A stretch of DNA of 64,000 nucleotides from Cyanobacteriota bacterium (GCA_033764955.1 JANRIL010000019.1:1-64000); one strand, 5' to 3'; counted from the first letter of the stretch, positions 17,114 to 27,023 are shown. Translations and numbers: made by a program. Notes: generated by a model not told the origin, from the sequence alone.

Positions 17114-17926
17114 TCAAGCTATTTCAGAGGATCGTAGGCGGGCGGCTGAACGCAAGATTTGTCCAGCCAGGATAGCCGCTCCAAACCCATTATCAATATT
17201 CACCACACCTACCCCTGCGGCACAAGAGTTTAGCATGGTTAAGAGGGCGGCTAACCCCTGAAAGCTGGCTCCATAGCCAATACTGGTGGGCACCGCAATC
17301 ACCGGGCCATTCACCAAGCCCGCCACCACACTGGCTAAAGCCCCCTCCATGCCCGCCACTACGATCACAACATCCGCTTCCAACGCCGCTCGATTTTGCA
17401 GCAATCGGTGAATGCCTGCAACCCCCACATCCCAAAGCCGCTTGACCTGAAACCCCGATAATTCGGCGGTGAGGGCAGACTCTTCGGCCACTGGCAAATC
17501 GGCGGTGCCTGCCGAGACCACACTTACCAAGCCAGGGTGGGCAGAAATCTGGGTGGGTAGCCAACACAATCGAGCCATCTCCGAATAGGCCACTCCAGGC
17601 AGGTGTTGGCGAATGGCTTGATATTGCTCCATTGGGATCCGTGTGGCCAGAGCGAGGCTGCCCTGAGCATGGGTTCGCTTCATCAACTCAACGATCTGAA
17701 TAGCGGTTTTGCCAGGTCCCCAGATGGCCTCAGGAAAGCCCGTGCGGAGGCGGCGGTGGTGGTCTAGGCGGGCAAAGTCTCCAACGGTTTCAAAGGGCAG
17801 ATACCTAAGTTCTCCCAACGCCTGTTCGGGACTCAGGGATCCGCTGGCAACCGATTGCAAAAGCTGTAGAAGGGGTTGGGAATCGTTGGCAGGGTAGGTC
17901 ACAAGCAAAAAGGTTGAGAAGGACAA
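17114..17926 (-). CDS. larB: LarB / CpmA (AIR-carboxylase-like)
   Basis: DHHRRLRTGFPE, AGTADLPVAEE, DVGVAGIHRL, VAGMEGAL, VVNIDNGFGA. Confidence 0.92.
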   Translation of the reverse strand: MSFSTFLLVTYPANDSQPLLQLLQSVASGSLSPEQALGELRYLPFETVGDFARLDHHRRLRTGFPEAIWGPGKTAIQIVELMKRTHAQGSLALATRIPMEQYQAIRQHLPGVAYSEMARLCWLPTQISAHPGLVSVVSAGTADLPVAEESALTAELSGFQVKRLWDVGVAGIHRLLQNRAALEADVVIVVAGMEGALASVVAGLVNGPVIAVPTSIGYGASFQGLAALLTMLNSCAAGVGVVNIDNGFGAAILAGQILRSAARLRSSEIA

Positions 17927-18066
17927 GCCTAGCTTCAGTGTTACACACCGACCCTTCCACCTGCTGCGGGAGGATGTTCCGATGGGGATATTGGGGGAGA
18001 GCCTGAGTCCAGAAGCCGCTTGCGCTAAAATGGTTGCGGATTAACTCTTAAAAAATACCCAATCTC

Positions 18067-18714
18067 ATGTTTCAGTTTCCTTCCTTGATCCAACGGGCTA
18101 GCCAGCGTTGCCGAACCTGGTTACCAGCTATTCGCCTGAGTGGGCAAGGTCGCTGGCTGCTGGGATCCCTTTTGGCTGTGCTGCTTGCCTGGGGGCTGGG
18201 GTTGCACAGTTGGGCACAAACTCCTACAGACCCGACACCAACGGATCCCACCATACCCGCTTCGGGGCAACAGGTGATCCCCAACCCACAGCAGTTTCGT
18301 GCCCTCGAACAATCCAGCAGTCCCCTCAGCTTGCAACGGGCGGAAGCCCTGAGGAGTGAGGCCAATACGGCTATTCAATCTCAGAACTATGATCAAGCGG
18401 CGGAGTTTTTGCAACAAGCCTTTAATGCCTACAACCAACGTTCCAACTTCCACCAACAACTGTCCAAAAGCTTTGCTGGTATCGAAAACCAGATTTCCGA
18501 GTCCCAGCGGGACTTAGCCAGAGATGCCGCCGAACGGCGGGATCAAGTGACCTATGAGCTAGCGGTCGTCTACCGAGCTGCCGGCAAGCCTGAAGAAGCG
18601 GTTGCCCAACTGGTGCAAGTCATTGGCAGCCAAGGTCCTACCCGCGATTTGGGACGACAGGCTTATCAACAACTGCTGGAAATTGGCTTTGTCGATACCC
18701 CTTTTGAGGGCTAG
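18067..18714 (+). CDS. Conserved cyanobacterial exported helical (TPR-like) protein
   Basis: Signal/TM segment, then FHQQLSKSFAGI...SQGPTRDLGRQAYQQLLEIGFVD. Confidence 0.75.
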   Translation: MFQFPSLIQRASQRCRTWLPAIRLSGQGRWLLGSLLAVLLAWGLGLHSWAQTPTDPTPTDPTIPASGQQVIPNPQQFRALEQSSSPLSLQRAEALRSEANTAIQSQNYDQAAEFLQQAFNAYNQRSNFHQQLSKSFAGIENQISESQRDLARDAAERRDQVTYELAVVYRAAGKPEEAVAQLVQVIGSQGPTRDLGRQAYQQLLEIGFVDTPFEG

Positions 18715-18775
18715 CCAGTTCCTTCCCTGAGGGAGTGGTCAACCAACTTGTCCGATGCCCGTTTGATCGCAGGAT

Positions 18776-19300
18776 ATGGAAACTGTGGAGATAACCTTTC
18801 GGCTAGCGGAGCCTCAGGATGCTCCCCTATTGCGATATTGGGATGAACAGCCCCATGTTGTGGACTCGGATCCCAATGATGACTGGCACTGGGAAGCGGA
18901 GCTAGCCCGCACCCCTGACTGGCGAGAACAATGGATCGCCGCTCTGGACGGACGACCCATCGGGTTTATCCAAATCATTGATCCTGCTCAGGAGGAAAGC
19001 CATTACTGGGGAGAAATTCCCCCTGACCGCCGCGCCATTGATATTTGGATCGGTGAGGCCAGCGATCTGGGACAAGGATATGGCACGCTGATGATGCGGT
19101 TTGCCCTGACTCGTTGTTTTGCCGATCCCGCTGTCAGTCTCGTCTTGGTGGATCCCTTGGCTAGCAATACCCGTGCCCACCGTTTTTATGAACGACTGGG
19201 TTTTCAACGGCTAGAACGCCGCTATTTTGGTGAGGATGATTGCTGGGTTTATGGCCTAACCCGTCAGGATTGGCAGCCAACTCAGGGATCCCATACCTGA
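18776..19300 (+). CDS. GNAT N-acetyltransferase
   Basis: AIDIWIGE..DLGQGYGT, DPLASNTRAHRFYERLGF. Confidence 0.9.
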   Translation: METVEITFRLAEPQDAPLLRYWDEQPHVVDSDPNDDWHWEAELARTPDWREQWIAALDGRPIGFIQIIDPAQEESHYWGEIPPDRRAIDIWIGEASDLGQGYGTLMMRFALTRCFADPAVSLVLVDPLASNTRAHRFYERLGFQRLERRYFGEDDCWVYGLTRQDWQPTQGSHT

Positions 19301-19305
19301 TTGGG

Positions 19306-20643
19306 TCAAGCGGTCACCGACAAATACTCAATGCAAAAGGCAGGGGTGTAGAAGGAGCCTGCCCACTGCCGCTCCCCTCCCAAAGCTACTACCTGTTGGA
19401 GCGCCGTATAAGCGTTGCCGGCCACCAGGGTATCTTTCACCCGACCGACAATTTCTCCTCCCTCCACCCAAAAACCCAAGTCAAGGTTGAAGGAAAAATC
19501 CCCTGTCAGTCCCCCCCCATCCCCCAAAATCTGGTCGATGACCAGCCCACACTGCATGGTCGCCAATAACTGCTCAAAACTCATGGTGGCTGGGGGCAAA
19601 ATCACATTGAAAACCCCTGGTGTGGGCAAACTTCCCAGTCCGGCTCGAAAGCCATTCCCCGCGCTAACCGTGGAGAGTAACCGAGCCGTCCGCCGATCGC
19701 AATAAAAATGCTGCAACCGACCCTGCTCAATCAGGGTGAGGGGTTGGCAGGGGGATCCCTCATCGTCAAACGGGGATCCGTAAGGCCCTAGCAAAGGATC
19801 CTGCTGACAGGTCAACAGGGGCGACACCACCGCGCATCCCTGCTTATCCGACCAGGGGGAGGATTGCTGCCAAACCGCTCGTCCATTCAGGGCAGCAGCC
19901 AGAGTACTCAAAAGGATATCGGCGGCTTGGGCGGTGAAGATAACCGGAACTTGCCCCGTCGGGGGATCCACCGTTTTTTCTGCCCACCGCAATCGCTGTA
20001 ACACCTGCTTTTCCAGGCTTTCAACAGGGAATTCGGGGGTAAGATCACCCAAACGGGGGGAGATCACCTGAGCGGATCCCACCTCCAGTAGATCATCTCC
20101 CCGCACCCACTCTGCCCCCAAATAGCCGCTTAAACTGGCATCGCTGAAACGGCAATCCAGACCGCAACTGTTGAGAATGCGTGTTTCTTCTTGACCGATC
20201 GCCCACTCACTTTGACAGAGAATATCAGGATAATGCTGGCGCAGATGATCGATTCCTTGTTCTGCCCATGCCATGAGGATATCGGGGGTGCAGGTGAGGG
20301 GGGGTAATGACCAGGTGGGGGGAGATAGGCTGGCTAGGTCGGGATCCTCCTGTTGTCCCACTTGGCTAAGGCTCAAAGCTTTGTCTACGAGGGTCTTAGG
20401 CTCTATGTCCCCATAGGCAACCACCAGCCCCCAGCGACCCTCCTGCCAGACCCGCAGCCCTATCCCTTCCGATTGGGTCGTCTCCAATTGCTTGAGGCGG
20501 TTCGCTTCAAAGGAGACCACGCGGTTGAGATGAGCGGAATAAAACACTTCGGCATGGCTGGCTCCCGCCTGCTCCGCCAACGCTAAGACATGTTCCAGAT
20601 CCACAGTGAATGAAGGAAAAATAAAGAGCAACTCATCTGGCAT
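19306..20643 (-). CDS. TldD/PmbA family protein (PmbA/TldE-like)
   Basis: VSFEANRLKQLE, PFDDEG, GEIVGRVKDT. Start uncertain. Confidence 0.9.
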   Translation of the reverse strand: MPDELLFIFPSFTVDLEHVLALAEQAGASHAEVFYSAHLNRVVSFEANRLKQLETTQSEGIGLRVWQEGRWGLVVAYGDIEPKTLVDKALSLSQVGQQEDPDLASLSPPTWSLPPLTCTPDILMAWAEQGIDHLRQHYPDILCQSEWAIGQEETRILNSCGLDCRFSDASLSGYLGAEWVRGDDLLEVGSAQVISPRLGDLTPEFPVESLEKQVLQRLRWAEKTVDPPTGQVPVIFTAQAADILLSTLAAALNGRAVWQQSSPWSDKQGCAVVSPLLTCQQDPLLGPYGSPFDDEGSPCQPLTLIEQGRLQHFYCDRRTARLLSTVSAGNGFRAGLGSLPTPGVFNVILPPATMSFEQLLATMQCGLVIDQILGDGGGLTGDFSFNLDLGFWVEGGEIVGRVKDTLVAGNAYTALQQVVALGGERQWAGSFYTPAFCIEYLSVTA

Positions 20644-20769
20644 CCTAGCGGATTCTGGAGCAATAACCCCCCGGCGGCGGACGGATTTCTTGCCCTTAAC
20701 CTGCCGATAGGAATGCGATAGCATAAAATTCAGGCGTTAAATGATCATTGAGAATTTTAGGAAAAGGAT

Positions 20770-21087
20770 ATGAGCTTCTTTGATTCTGAAATTGTCCAAG
20801 AAGAGGCCAAGCAGCTTTTTCATGATTTTCAGACGTTGATGCAGTTGGGCAGTGACTACGGCAAGTTTGATCGGGAGGGCAAAAAAATCTTTATTGAGCG
20901 GATGGAGGAGTTGATCGAGCGGCAGCGCATTTTCATGAAGCGGCTGGAGCTTTCCGACGACTTTATGGCTCAGATGACCGTCAAGCAACTGCAAACGCAA
21001 CTGGGCAGTTTCGGGGTTTCTCCTTATCAGATGTTCGACCACATGAACTCAACTCTGGAGCGCATGAAGGCCGAAGCTGAACAATAA
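20770..21087 (+). CDS. DUF1825 family protein
   Basis: FFDSEIVQEEAKQLF...YGKFDREGK...ELSDDF. Confidence 0.88.
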   Translation: MSFFDSEIVQEEAKQLFHDFQTLMQLGSDYGKFDREGKKIFIERMEELIERQRIFMKRLELSDDFMAQMTVKQLQTQLGSFGVSPYQMFDHMNSTLERMKAEAEQ

Positions 21088-21117
21088 TTAGGCGTAAGGC
21101 TCTTTTTTCCTCGTCTC

Positions 21118-21507
21118 ATGGTGCGCCAAACTCGTAGCCAAAAGGTCATTTTAGAGATTTTGCGGCAGCATACCCAACCGATGTCTGCCCAAGAAATCTT
21201 TGTCGAACTACGCAAAAATTCTGCCCAGTCGGTGGGCCTGGCCACTGTTTATCGGGCTTTAGAGTCTCTGCACAACGATGGGCAGTTGCAGGAGGTCAAC
21301 CTAGGGGACCACCAAGCTTATTATCAGTTGCTCCCCAGCAGTGGGCACAATCGCCATCACCTGATCTGCACCAACTGTCGGCAAGTGGTGCCCCTCTCCA
21401 GTTGTCCGGTACGGGATCTGGAGCAACAGCTCTCCAGTAAATATGAGTTTGTGATCGACTATCATGTGCTTGACTTCTATGGCACGTGCGCCGCTTGTCG
21501 GGCATGA
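21118..21507 (+). CDS. Fur family transcriptional regulator (Zur-like)
   Basis: GLATVYRAL, HHLICTNC, FYGTCAAC. Confidence 0.92.
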   Translation: MVRQTRSQKVILEILRQHTQPMSAQEIFVELRKNSAQSVGLATVYRALESLHNDGQLQEVNLGDHQAYYQLLPSSGHNRHHLICTNCRQVVPLSSCPVRDLEQQLSSKYEFVIDYHVLDFYGTCAACRA

Positions 21508-21510
21508 AGA

Positions 21511-22026
21511 GTGGGGATCCCTATGGCAGCTTATTTGTGGACGATCATGATTGGCTTGGCGGGAGCCTGGGTCGGGATCCAGTTCAAAGTTCCGGCGGGG
21601 GCTTTGGTGGGATCCATGCTGGCGGTAGGATTAGTCAATGCCTGTGGGGCGATCGCTGTGCCCAATCCTCCCTCCCAGGTGCGGCTGATCATGCAGGTGG
21701 TGCTGGGAATCACGTTGGGATCGCGGTTAACGGCGGAAGTGTTGGTGGGCATGAAAGATCTCTGGCGACCCGCTCTCCTGTGTACGGGGATTGCCGTGGG
21801 GACAGGGGTTCTATCGGCCTATTTGATTTCCCGTTGGCTGGGGGTGGAGCGGATGACGGCTCTTTTGGGTACAGCCCCCGGCGGCATCACGGATATGAGC
21901 TTGATTGCCTTGGATATGGGGGCGCAAACCAGCACGGTGATGGTGATGCACTTAGCCCGTCTGATCAGCGTGATTGTGGTGGTGCCGTGGATTGTCCGTT
22001 GGTTGGTGCAGGCGGGTGGGGTTTGA
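21511..22026 (+). CDS. AbrB-like membrane protein (single repeat)
   Basis: VPAGALVGSM, TAPGGITDMSLIA, HLARL. GTG start. Confidence 0.85.
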   Translation: MGIPMAAYLWTIMIGLAGAWVGIQFKVPAGALVGSMLAVGLVNACGAIAVPNPPSQVRLIMQVVLGITLGSRLTAEVLVGMKDLWRPALLCTGIAVGTGVLSAYLISRWLGVERMTALLGTAPGGITDMSLIALDMGAQTSTVMVMHLARLISVIVVVPWIVRWLVQAGGV

Positions 22027-23260
22027 CCGCTTGCAGCAGCATAACCGGATGAAGGGGGGAAAAACGGGTGGCCTCGGCAATCGCCACCGAACGAGCCAGT
22101 TGCACTTGCAGCAGGTTGACTGGCCAGCCCGCTTCCTTCAGAAAGTTTTGAGCCAGCAGGCAGTGTTCTAGGGTGGCGAAATTGCCCACCAAGACTCCTC
22201 CCTCCCCCAGGCGTTGGCAGACTGTTGAGAGAATGGTGGGCAGAGCGGATCCCCCTCCCCCTAACACAACACGATCGGGACTGGGTAATGGACTGAGAGC
22301 CGTGGGGGCTTTGCCAGCTACCACCTCTAGGTTGTGAATTTGAAATCGCTGGCGGTTTTGGCGAATCAGGGCGAGTCCGGCGGCGTTTTGTTCGATAGCA
22401 AACACCTGAGCGTTGGGGAGTAAGCGGGCGACTTCCACGCTCACCGAGCCAGTCCCAGCCCCAATATCCCAGAGAATCTGGACGGTTTCCGTCAGGTGTA
22501 GCAGGCTGAGGGTTAAGACACGCACCTCCTGCTTGGTGATCAGTCCCGGCTGATCGGCAAAGGTGTGAAAGTAACGATCCGGGATCCCTAATAAAGGTAG
22601 CTCTGCTAAGGGAGGGGGATCGGTTCGCCGTTGCATCACCACTAGATTGGGATCCGCAAACGGCTGATCAATCCTCTGGGAGGGGGCTAGGTGGTGGATG
22701 CTTTCCTGCGGCGAACCCAGATGGCAACACACCCACATCTCGTAGTCATAAGGCAAGCGCAAATCCCGCAGGAGGTGGACAATCGCCAGCGGAGAATGGA
22801 TGGCATCCGTCAACACGGCAATCGGTGAGGATCCCTGCTTAAGGGCGCTTTCCAGGGCATCGAGGGTGCGCCCGTGAATACTGAGGATGGTGGCCTCTTG
22901 CCAGGGAATGTGTAGGCGACTAAACGCCCACTGCACCGAACTGATGTGGGGATAAAAAACCAGAGCCTCCGCCGGAAAAGCCTGATTGAGGAGCCGACCA
23001 ATCCCAAAGAACAAGGGATCCCCGCTGGCCAATAACACAACGGATCCCTGGCATAGGTCTGCTTGTAACTGAGGGATCCAATCCTCCACAGCTCCCGTTA
23101 ACACCCGCTGCCGATGGCTCTCCACCCCCAATTTCGTGAGGAGAGCAGGGGATCCGGCCACCACCCGTGCCGTGGTCAGGGCGATCTGCGCCTGGGGTAT
23201 AGGGATCCCGTCCAACCCCAATCCAATCACGGACAGTTGATGTGGGGGAGAATCGGCCAT
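21965..23260 (-). CDS. cbiE: Bifunctional precorrin-6Y methyltransferase CbiE/CbiT (CobL)
   Basis: LASGDPLFFGIG, ITKQEVR, WDIGAGTGSVSVE. Confidence 0.92.
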   Translation of the reverse strand: MADSPPHQLSVIGLGLDGIPIPQAQIALTTARVVAGSPALLTKLGVESHRQRVLTGAVEDWIPQLQADLCQGSVVLLASGDPLFFGIGRLLNQAFPAEALVFYPHISSVQWAFSRLHIPWQEATILSIHGRTLDALESALKQGSSPIAVLTDAIHSPLAIVHLLRDLRLPYDYEMWVCCHLGSPQESIHHLAPSQRIDQPFADPNLVVMQRRTDPPPLAELPLLGIPDRYFHTFADQPGLITKQEVRVLTLSLLHLTETVQILWDIGAGTGSVSVEVARLLPNAQVFAIEQNAAGLALIRQNRQRFQIHNLEVVAGKAPTALSPLPSPDRVVLGGGGSALPTILSTVCQRLGEGGVLVGNFATLEHCLLAQNFLKEAGWPVNLLQVQLARSVAIAEATRFSPLHPVMLLQAVKPHPPAPTNGQSTAPPQSR

Positions 23261-23683
23261 GCGGGATTACCTTACCAAGATGCCCACCCAATCTAACGGG
23301 TTCTCCGGTGCTCCCGAAAGCATTCCACCCATTCCGGTTTGGCTACTGATAATTGGGGGTAGTACCCCTCATATAGTTGAAAAACACCGGGGACTTTCAA
23401 CGGATAGTTTTCAACAGAGATAAAACTCTTTTCCCACGGCTTAAATGCACAGGTTAAATCGACTAGATTCAGATATCTTGGCTAAACTTCTGTTAATTTT
23501 ATTCATTGACCTCTCTTATTTTGCTTCCCTCGTTTTGCTTATCTAAGCAGATGCCTGAGAACCTGTAGAGACTCTTTTCCATCAAGATCTTGCCGGACAA
23601 AGGTTAAATGATTTGGAGTAAGCAGCCCCAATCTGGATTCTGTCGCATTCAATGAAAGTAGTCAGAAAAAGTCAAGGCTATAT

Positions 23684-24031
23684 ATGGAAGAGACTATGGT
23701 TAGACAGATCAGTCTTCTGCAAGAACAGGTAGATAGGTTACACCTTACCCTTACCCAGTTACCGGAACAAATCGCGGCCACTTTGTTGGCTAACCAAGAG
23801 AGCAAGCCCCCTCTCTCCAACCGCACCCATCACCGCTATTCCCACCAGATGGCGGAGGAAGGTCATAGCTTTTTACTGGATGAGGATCTACCCAACGTGG
23901 GATCCCGCAACATGAGCCATGACATTGCTCCTGAGGCTCAGATTCAGCGCTTGACTGCTCAACTCACGGCTGCCTATAACCGGATCGCCGCCCTAGAGGA
24001 GCAACTGTTGGCTCAGCGACTAACCCAATAG
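23684..24031 (+). CDS. Conserved cyanobacterial coiled-coil protein
   Basis: C-terminal QIQRLTAQLTAAYNRIAALEEQLL. Confidence 0.8.
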   Translation: MEETMVRQISLLQEQVDRLHLTLTQLPEQIAATLLANQESKPPLSNRTHHRYSHQMAEEGHSFLLDEDLPNVGSRNMSHDIAPEAQIQRLTAQLTAAYNRIAALEEQLLAQRLTQ

Positions 24032-24113
24032 GGATCCCTTTTAGCCCCCTAGCCGAGATCTTGGCTGTTCTCGGCACCTAAAGCCTCAACACCTTATCGG
24101 GTGCTCAGGAAGA

Positions 24114-24689
24114 CTAAGCAGTTCTTGCTGTCTTTGTCTCAACATCCTGCATCTGGAAACCATGCTTACGGAGTTCTTGATCCAGCAGGATAGTGTTCTC
24201 CACATGGTCTACAAACAACACTCCATCGAGATGATCCATTTCGTGCTGAATGATGCGGGAGAGTAAGCCATCGGTCTTGATGGTACGAGGGCGACCGGTT
24301 TCATCCTTAAAACTCACCACAATCTCGTCATAGCGCTGGACTTCACAATAGACATTGGGAATACTTAGGCATCCTTCCTGATCGGTAACAAAGCTTGATC
24401 CATGTTCCCGAATCTCAGGGTTAATCAGCACCAGCGGCGGGGAGTCGGGCTTGTCAGGAGCCGGATCCGCAACCAATAACCGTTTCGCCACTCCCACCTG
24501 AGGAGCTGCCAACCCAATACCATCGGCACTATACATGGTTTGCAGCATGTCTCGCACCAGTTGACGAATGTCATCGTTGACCTGACTAACCCGCTTGGCT
24601 GGTTGCCGCAGCACCTTATCTCCCATCTGATGAATCCGTAGGGGAGGATTTTTGAGTTTGACTTTGGGAACCATGACAGAGGCAACCAT
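24114..24689 (-). CDS. def: Peptide deformylase
   Basis: GIGLAAPQVG, EGCLS, QHEMDHLDG. Confidence 0.97.
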   Translation of the reverse strand: MVASVMVPKVKLKNPPLRIHQMGDKVLRQPAKRVSQVNDDIRQLVRDMLQTMYSADGIGLAAPQVGVAKRLLVADPAPDKPDSPPLVLINPEIREHGSSFVTDQEGCLSIPNVYCEVQRYDEIVVSFKDETGRPRTIKTDGLLSRIIQHEMDHLDGVLFVDHVENTILLDQELRKHGFQMQDVETKTARTA

Positions 24690-24828
24690 AGGGATCCTGA
24701 CAACTCATGGGCATAGAACAGATTGTTTCTATCTTAACAAAGGCTAGTCAGCCTTTTCGGAACCATAATTAAGGATCCCCTTGCTTTTTGACTGGTTAAT
24801 CGGAGTGGATTTTATCAAGGGGAAGGAT

Positions 24829-25182
24829 GTGACGTACTCGCGGCAGCAAAGCAGGCTTATACTGCGGGCTTCTCCCACGGCGCGAGTACTACCTCTGGTT
24901 AGCCGATTCGAGCTTTTTATAGTGAGGGAGACGCCCAGCCCCACTTTTAATTATTTTCTCCACAAGGGAGGCTTGCCCTTTGTTCAATACACTTTTCAAC
25001 CTTGGAAGCGTATTCCTACTATGGGTGTCTACTCCAGTTGTCGGTGTGGAACCGATAATTACAGGCATACTAAAGACCTGCTTAGCACTAGTATGCCCCA
25101 ACTTGTTCGCCTCTGGCTGACGCGGCTTTCATCCCCGCACTCTACTTGTAGGGTGAGTGTCGGGATGAAAGCCGCTTTAGCT
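24829..25182 (-). mobile_element. Miniature non-autonomous IS200/IS605-like (tnpB-deleted) element
   Basis: Minus strand starts with a strong hairpin (14-bp arms at 25122-25135 and 25162-25175) and ends GAGAAGCCCGC...GAGTACGTCAC, resembling cyanobacterial IS605/IS1341 ends. Frameshifted NYRFH-PTT trace resembles a TnpB N-terminus. Left boundary approximate. Confidence 0.6.
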
Positions 25183-25231
25183 AAAAGGAAGATCCGGCAA
25201 AGACGTATAATTTCTGAAAGATCATCCATCA

Positions 25232-25264
25232 AACTAGCGAAACAACTAGCGAAACAACTAGCGA
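25232..25264 (+). repeat. 12-bp tandem repeat (aactagcgaaac x2.75)
   Basis: Read directly, just upstream of the aroH start. Confidence 0.9.
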
Positions 25265-25274
25265 GGCCGATCAC

Positions 25275-25673
25275 TTGGGGTGGCGAGTCAGAGCATTACG
25301 GGGGGCGACCACAGTCGAAGCCAATACGGAAGCGGCTATCGCTGCTGCTGTGGCGGAGCTATTGGATCAAATGGTGGCCGAAAATGATATCGATCTGGAA
25401 GAAGTGGTCAATGTCATCTTTTCGGTAACGGCAGATTTGAATGCCTGCTATCCAGCCCGTTGGGCAAGGTTGCGGGAGGGCTGGCAATATGTGCCTCTAT
25501 TGGATGTCCAGCAGATGGCGGTGCCACACGATTTGGATCGCTGCATTCGGGTTCTCCTTCAATTCAATACTCTACTGCCCCAGTCTCAGATTCGCCACGT
25601 TTATTTGCACGGAGCGCGTCACCTCCGCCCCGATCTGGATCGACAGAGGCAGGCTGCTAGCTTGCCTTCCTAG
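25275..25673 (+). CDS. aroH: Chorismate mutase AroH
   Basis: VRALRGATT, FSVTADL, RCIRVL, HVYLHGARHLRPD. Confidence 0.95.
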   Translation: MGWRVRALRGATTVEANTEAAIAAAVAELLDQMVAENDIDLEEVVNVIFSVTADLNACYPARWARLREGWQYVPLLDVQQMAVPHDLDRCIRVLLQFNTLLPQSQIRHVYLHGARHLRPDLDRQRQAASLPS

Positions 25674-25718
25674 GGATCCCCAAAGCGTGCCTGCTGGTGG
25701 TTCAAAAGCCCTGTTGGT

Positions 25719-25976
25719 TTAGAAAAACTCCACCAAGTCTGATAGGGTCATTGTGCCCTCTTCCGCTTCTCCCTCGACAAGAGGCGGATCGGTAGCCGCA
25801 GCCAGAGAACGGGCGGCTAATTCAAATGGCTGCCCTGCCCAAGGGATCCCTGCCCAAAAAGCCTCCACCGAGAGAAAAGGTATAGGTAACTCTGCTGTCT
25901 CCTGGGAATAGTTATCCCAGTTCAGATCAGCAAAAAACTGTTGCACACTCAGATCAAGCCGAAGTGATGTAGCCAT
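25719..25976 (-). CDS. Small hypothetical protein co-transcribed with the V4R gene
   Basis: Repeated LSVQQFF / LSVEAFW motif, TLSDLVEFF tail, 4 bp downstream of the V4R gene. Confidence 0.7.
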   Translation of the reverse strand: MATSLRLDLSVQQFFADLNWDNYSQETAELPIPFLSVEAFWAGIPWAGQPFELAARSLAAATDPPLVEGEAEEGTMTLSDLVEFF

Positions 25977-25980
25977 GAGG

Positions 25981-26658
25981 TTAGGAAGGGGTTACTCCAC
26001 CCCGCAGCTTAGCGGCAATTTCGGCGGCGGTTGCTCCCTCATTCAACCAAAAAGCTGCCGCATCAATTCGGTCTTTGCTGCCCAACAAAAATTTGCAGTA
26101 GGTTTCTCCCATCGAGTAGCACTGAATCTCAATGCAATTAAGGGGGCGATCCACCAAAGCAGTAAAAAAACCAGCAAATAATCCGGCATAAAGGTGGCAG
26201 ACGGGTTTGCCGACGTTGCCTAGGGTTCTGGCGACTGCCGAGTCAAACAAGTTGATGAAGATGAACCCTTGCTTGCGCCCCTCCATATCCACCTCCCAGC
26301 GCCCCCATCCCTGTGAGGCCAAAGGCCACCACCAGGTTTCCAACAAAAACATCACATTGCTTTGTTTGATCTTCTTGCGATATTCCTCTTCATACCAACG
26401 GGCATAGGCAACGGCATCATTGCGCCCCCACTCCAAGCCAATCGTATACATTAAAGAGGCAGAAGCATCCCCCACCTCTTCTTCTAGTCCCTGTTGCAAG
26501 CCCAAGATAAAGTCTTCACTGACTAAAACATTGGGGTTACCGTTCCAGTCAGCCAGGGTGCCCTTGCTGCGATCAAAACGAAAAAAGTCCTCACGGCTGA
26601 AGTGGTTATGCCGTTGGGCAGCAGGCTGAAGGGGAATATCAAAGGTGGTGGAAGTCAT
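25981..26658 (-). CDS. V4R (4-vinyl reductase) domain protein, Slr0144-like
   Basis: WWWPLASQGWGRW, GKPVCHLYAGLFAGFF, CIEIQCYSMGETYCKF. Confidence 0.9.
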   Translation of the reverse strand: MTSTTFDIPLQPAAQRHNHFSREDFFRFDRSKGTLADWNGNPNVLVSEDFILGLQQGLEEEVGDASASLMYTIGLEWGRNDAVAYARWYEEEYRKKIKQSNVMFLLETWWWPLASQGWGRWEVDMEGRKQGFIFINLFDSAVARTLGNVGKPVCHLYAGLFAGFFTALVDRPLNCIEIQCYSMGETYCKFLLGSKDRIDAAAFWLNEGATAAEIAAKLRGGVTPS

Positions 26659-26679
26659 AGAAGTGGAAGAAAATCAGAG

Positions 26680-26697
26680 ATTGTAAAGATCAGTAAA
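26680..26697 (-). promoter_or_regulatory. Possible HLR1 (RpaB) motif
   Basis: Minus strand TTTACTGA-TC-TTTACAAT upstream of the V4R gene. Confidence 0.35.
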
Positions 26698-26810
26698 GAT
26701 TTTGCGATGATCTCATGATAGCCTGCTCCTCCCATCGAGGGAGGGGATCCCAATCGGCTAGATAAGAGGAGGATCCCTATAGTGGTGGGATCGTCTTTAA
26801 TGGAGAGGCA

Positions 26811-27023
26811 CTAGTGGCTTTTTTTGATGTAGGCAACCGCCTGCTTCCAGAGAAGGATCTCGGAACCAGTATCGAGCGCAAAGTAAATACAGTCGGGATC
26901 CTGCCACTTTAGTTGTCCTAGCAAGACTTCACCGTTAATCAGCTTAATCTCCAGCGATTGCCGATCTTGCAGTGCCTTTTGTAGCCAGCGGATGCTAGGA
27001 AGCCCAGGGTTAAATTCTGACAC
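26811..27023 (-). CDS. hfq: Cyanobacterial Hfq homologue
   Basis: SEFNPGLPSIR..Q...EIKL..G..L.G.L.WQDP...WKQAVAYI. Confidence 0.9.
   Translation of the reverse strand: MSEFNPGLPSIRWLQKALQDRQSLEIKLINGEVLLGQLKWQDPDCIYFALDTGSEILLWKQAVAYIKKSH

Noticed and set aside
21965..22026. 62-bp convergent overlap of cbiET and the AbrB-like gene
   Set aside because: The overlap covers only a non-conserved-looking cbiET tail, likely simple stop-codon drift.
23261..23683. Cobalamin riboswitch upstream of cbiET
   Set aside because: Only short inverted repeats (ggggtagtacccc; gttgaaaa...ttttcaac) were seen, with no convincing B12 box.
24781..25428. 215-aa ORF on the plus strand
   Set aside because: It runs across the hairpins of the mini-IS, a tandem repeat and aroH in another frame, and has no protein-like motifs.
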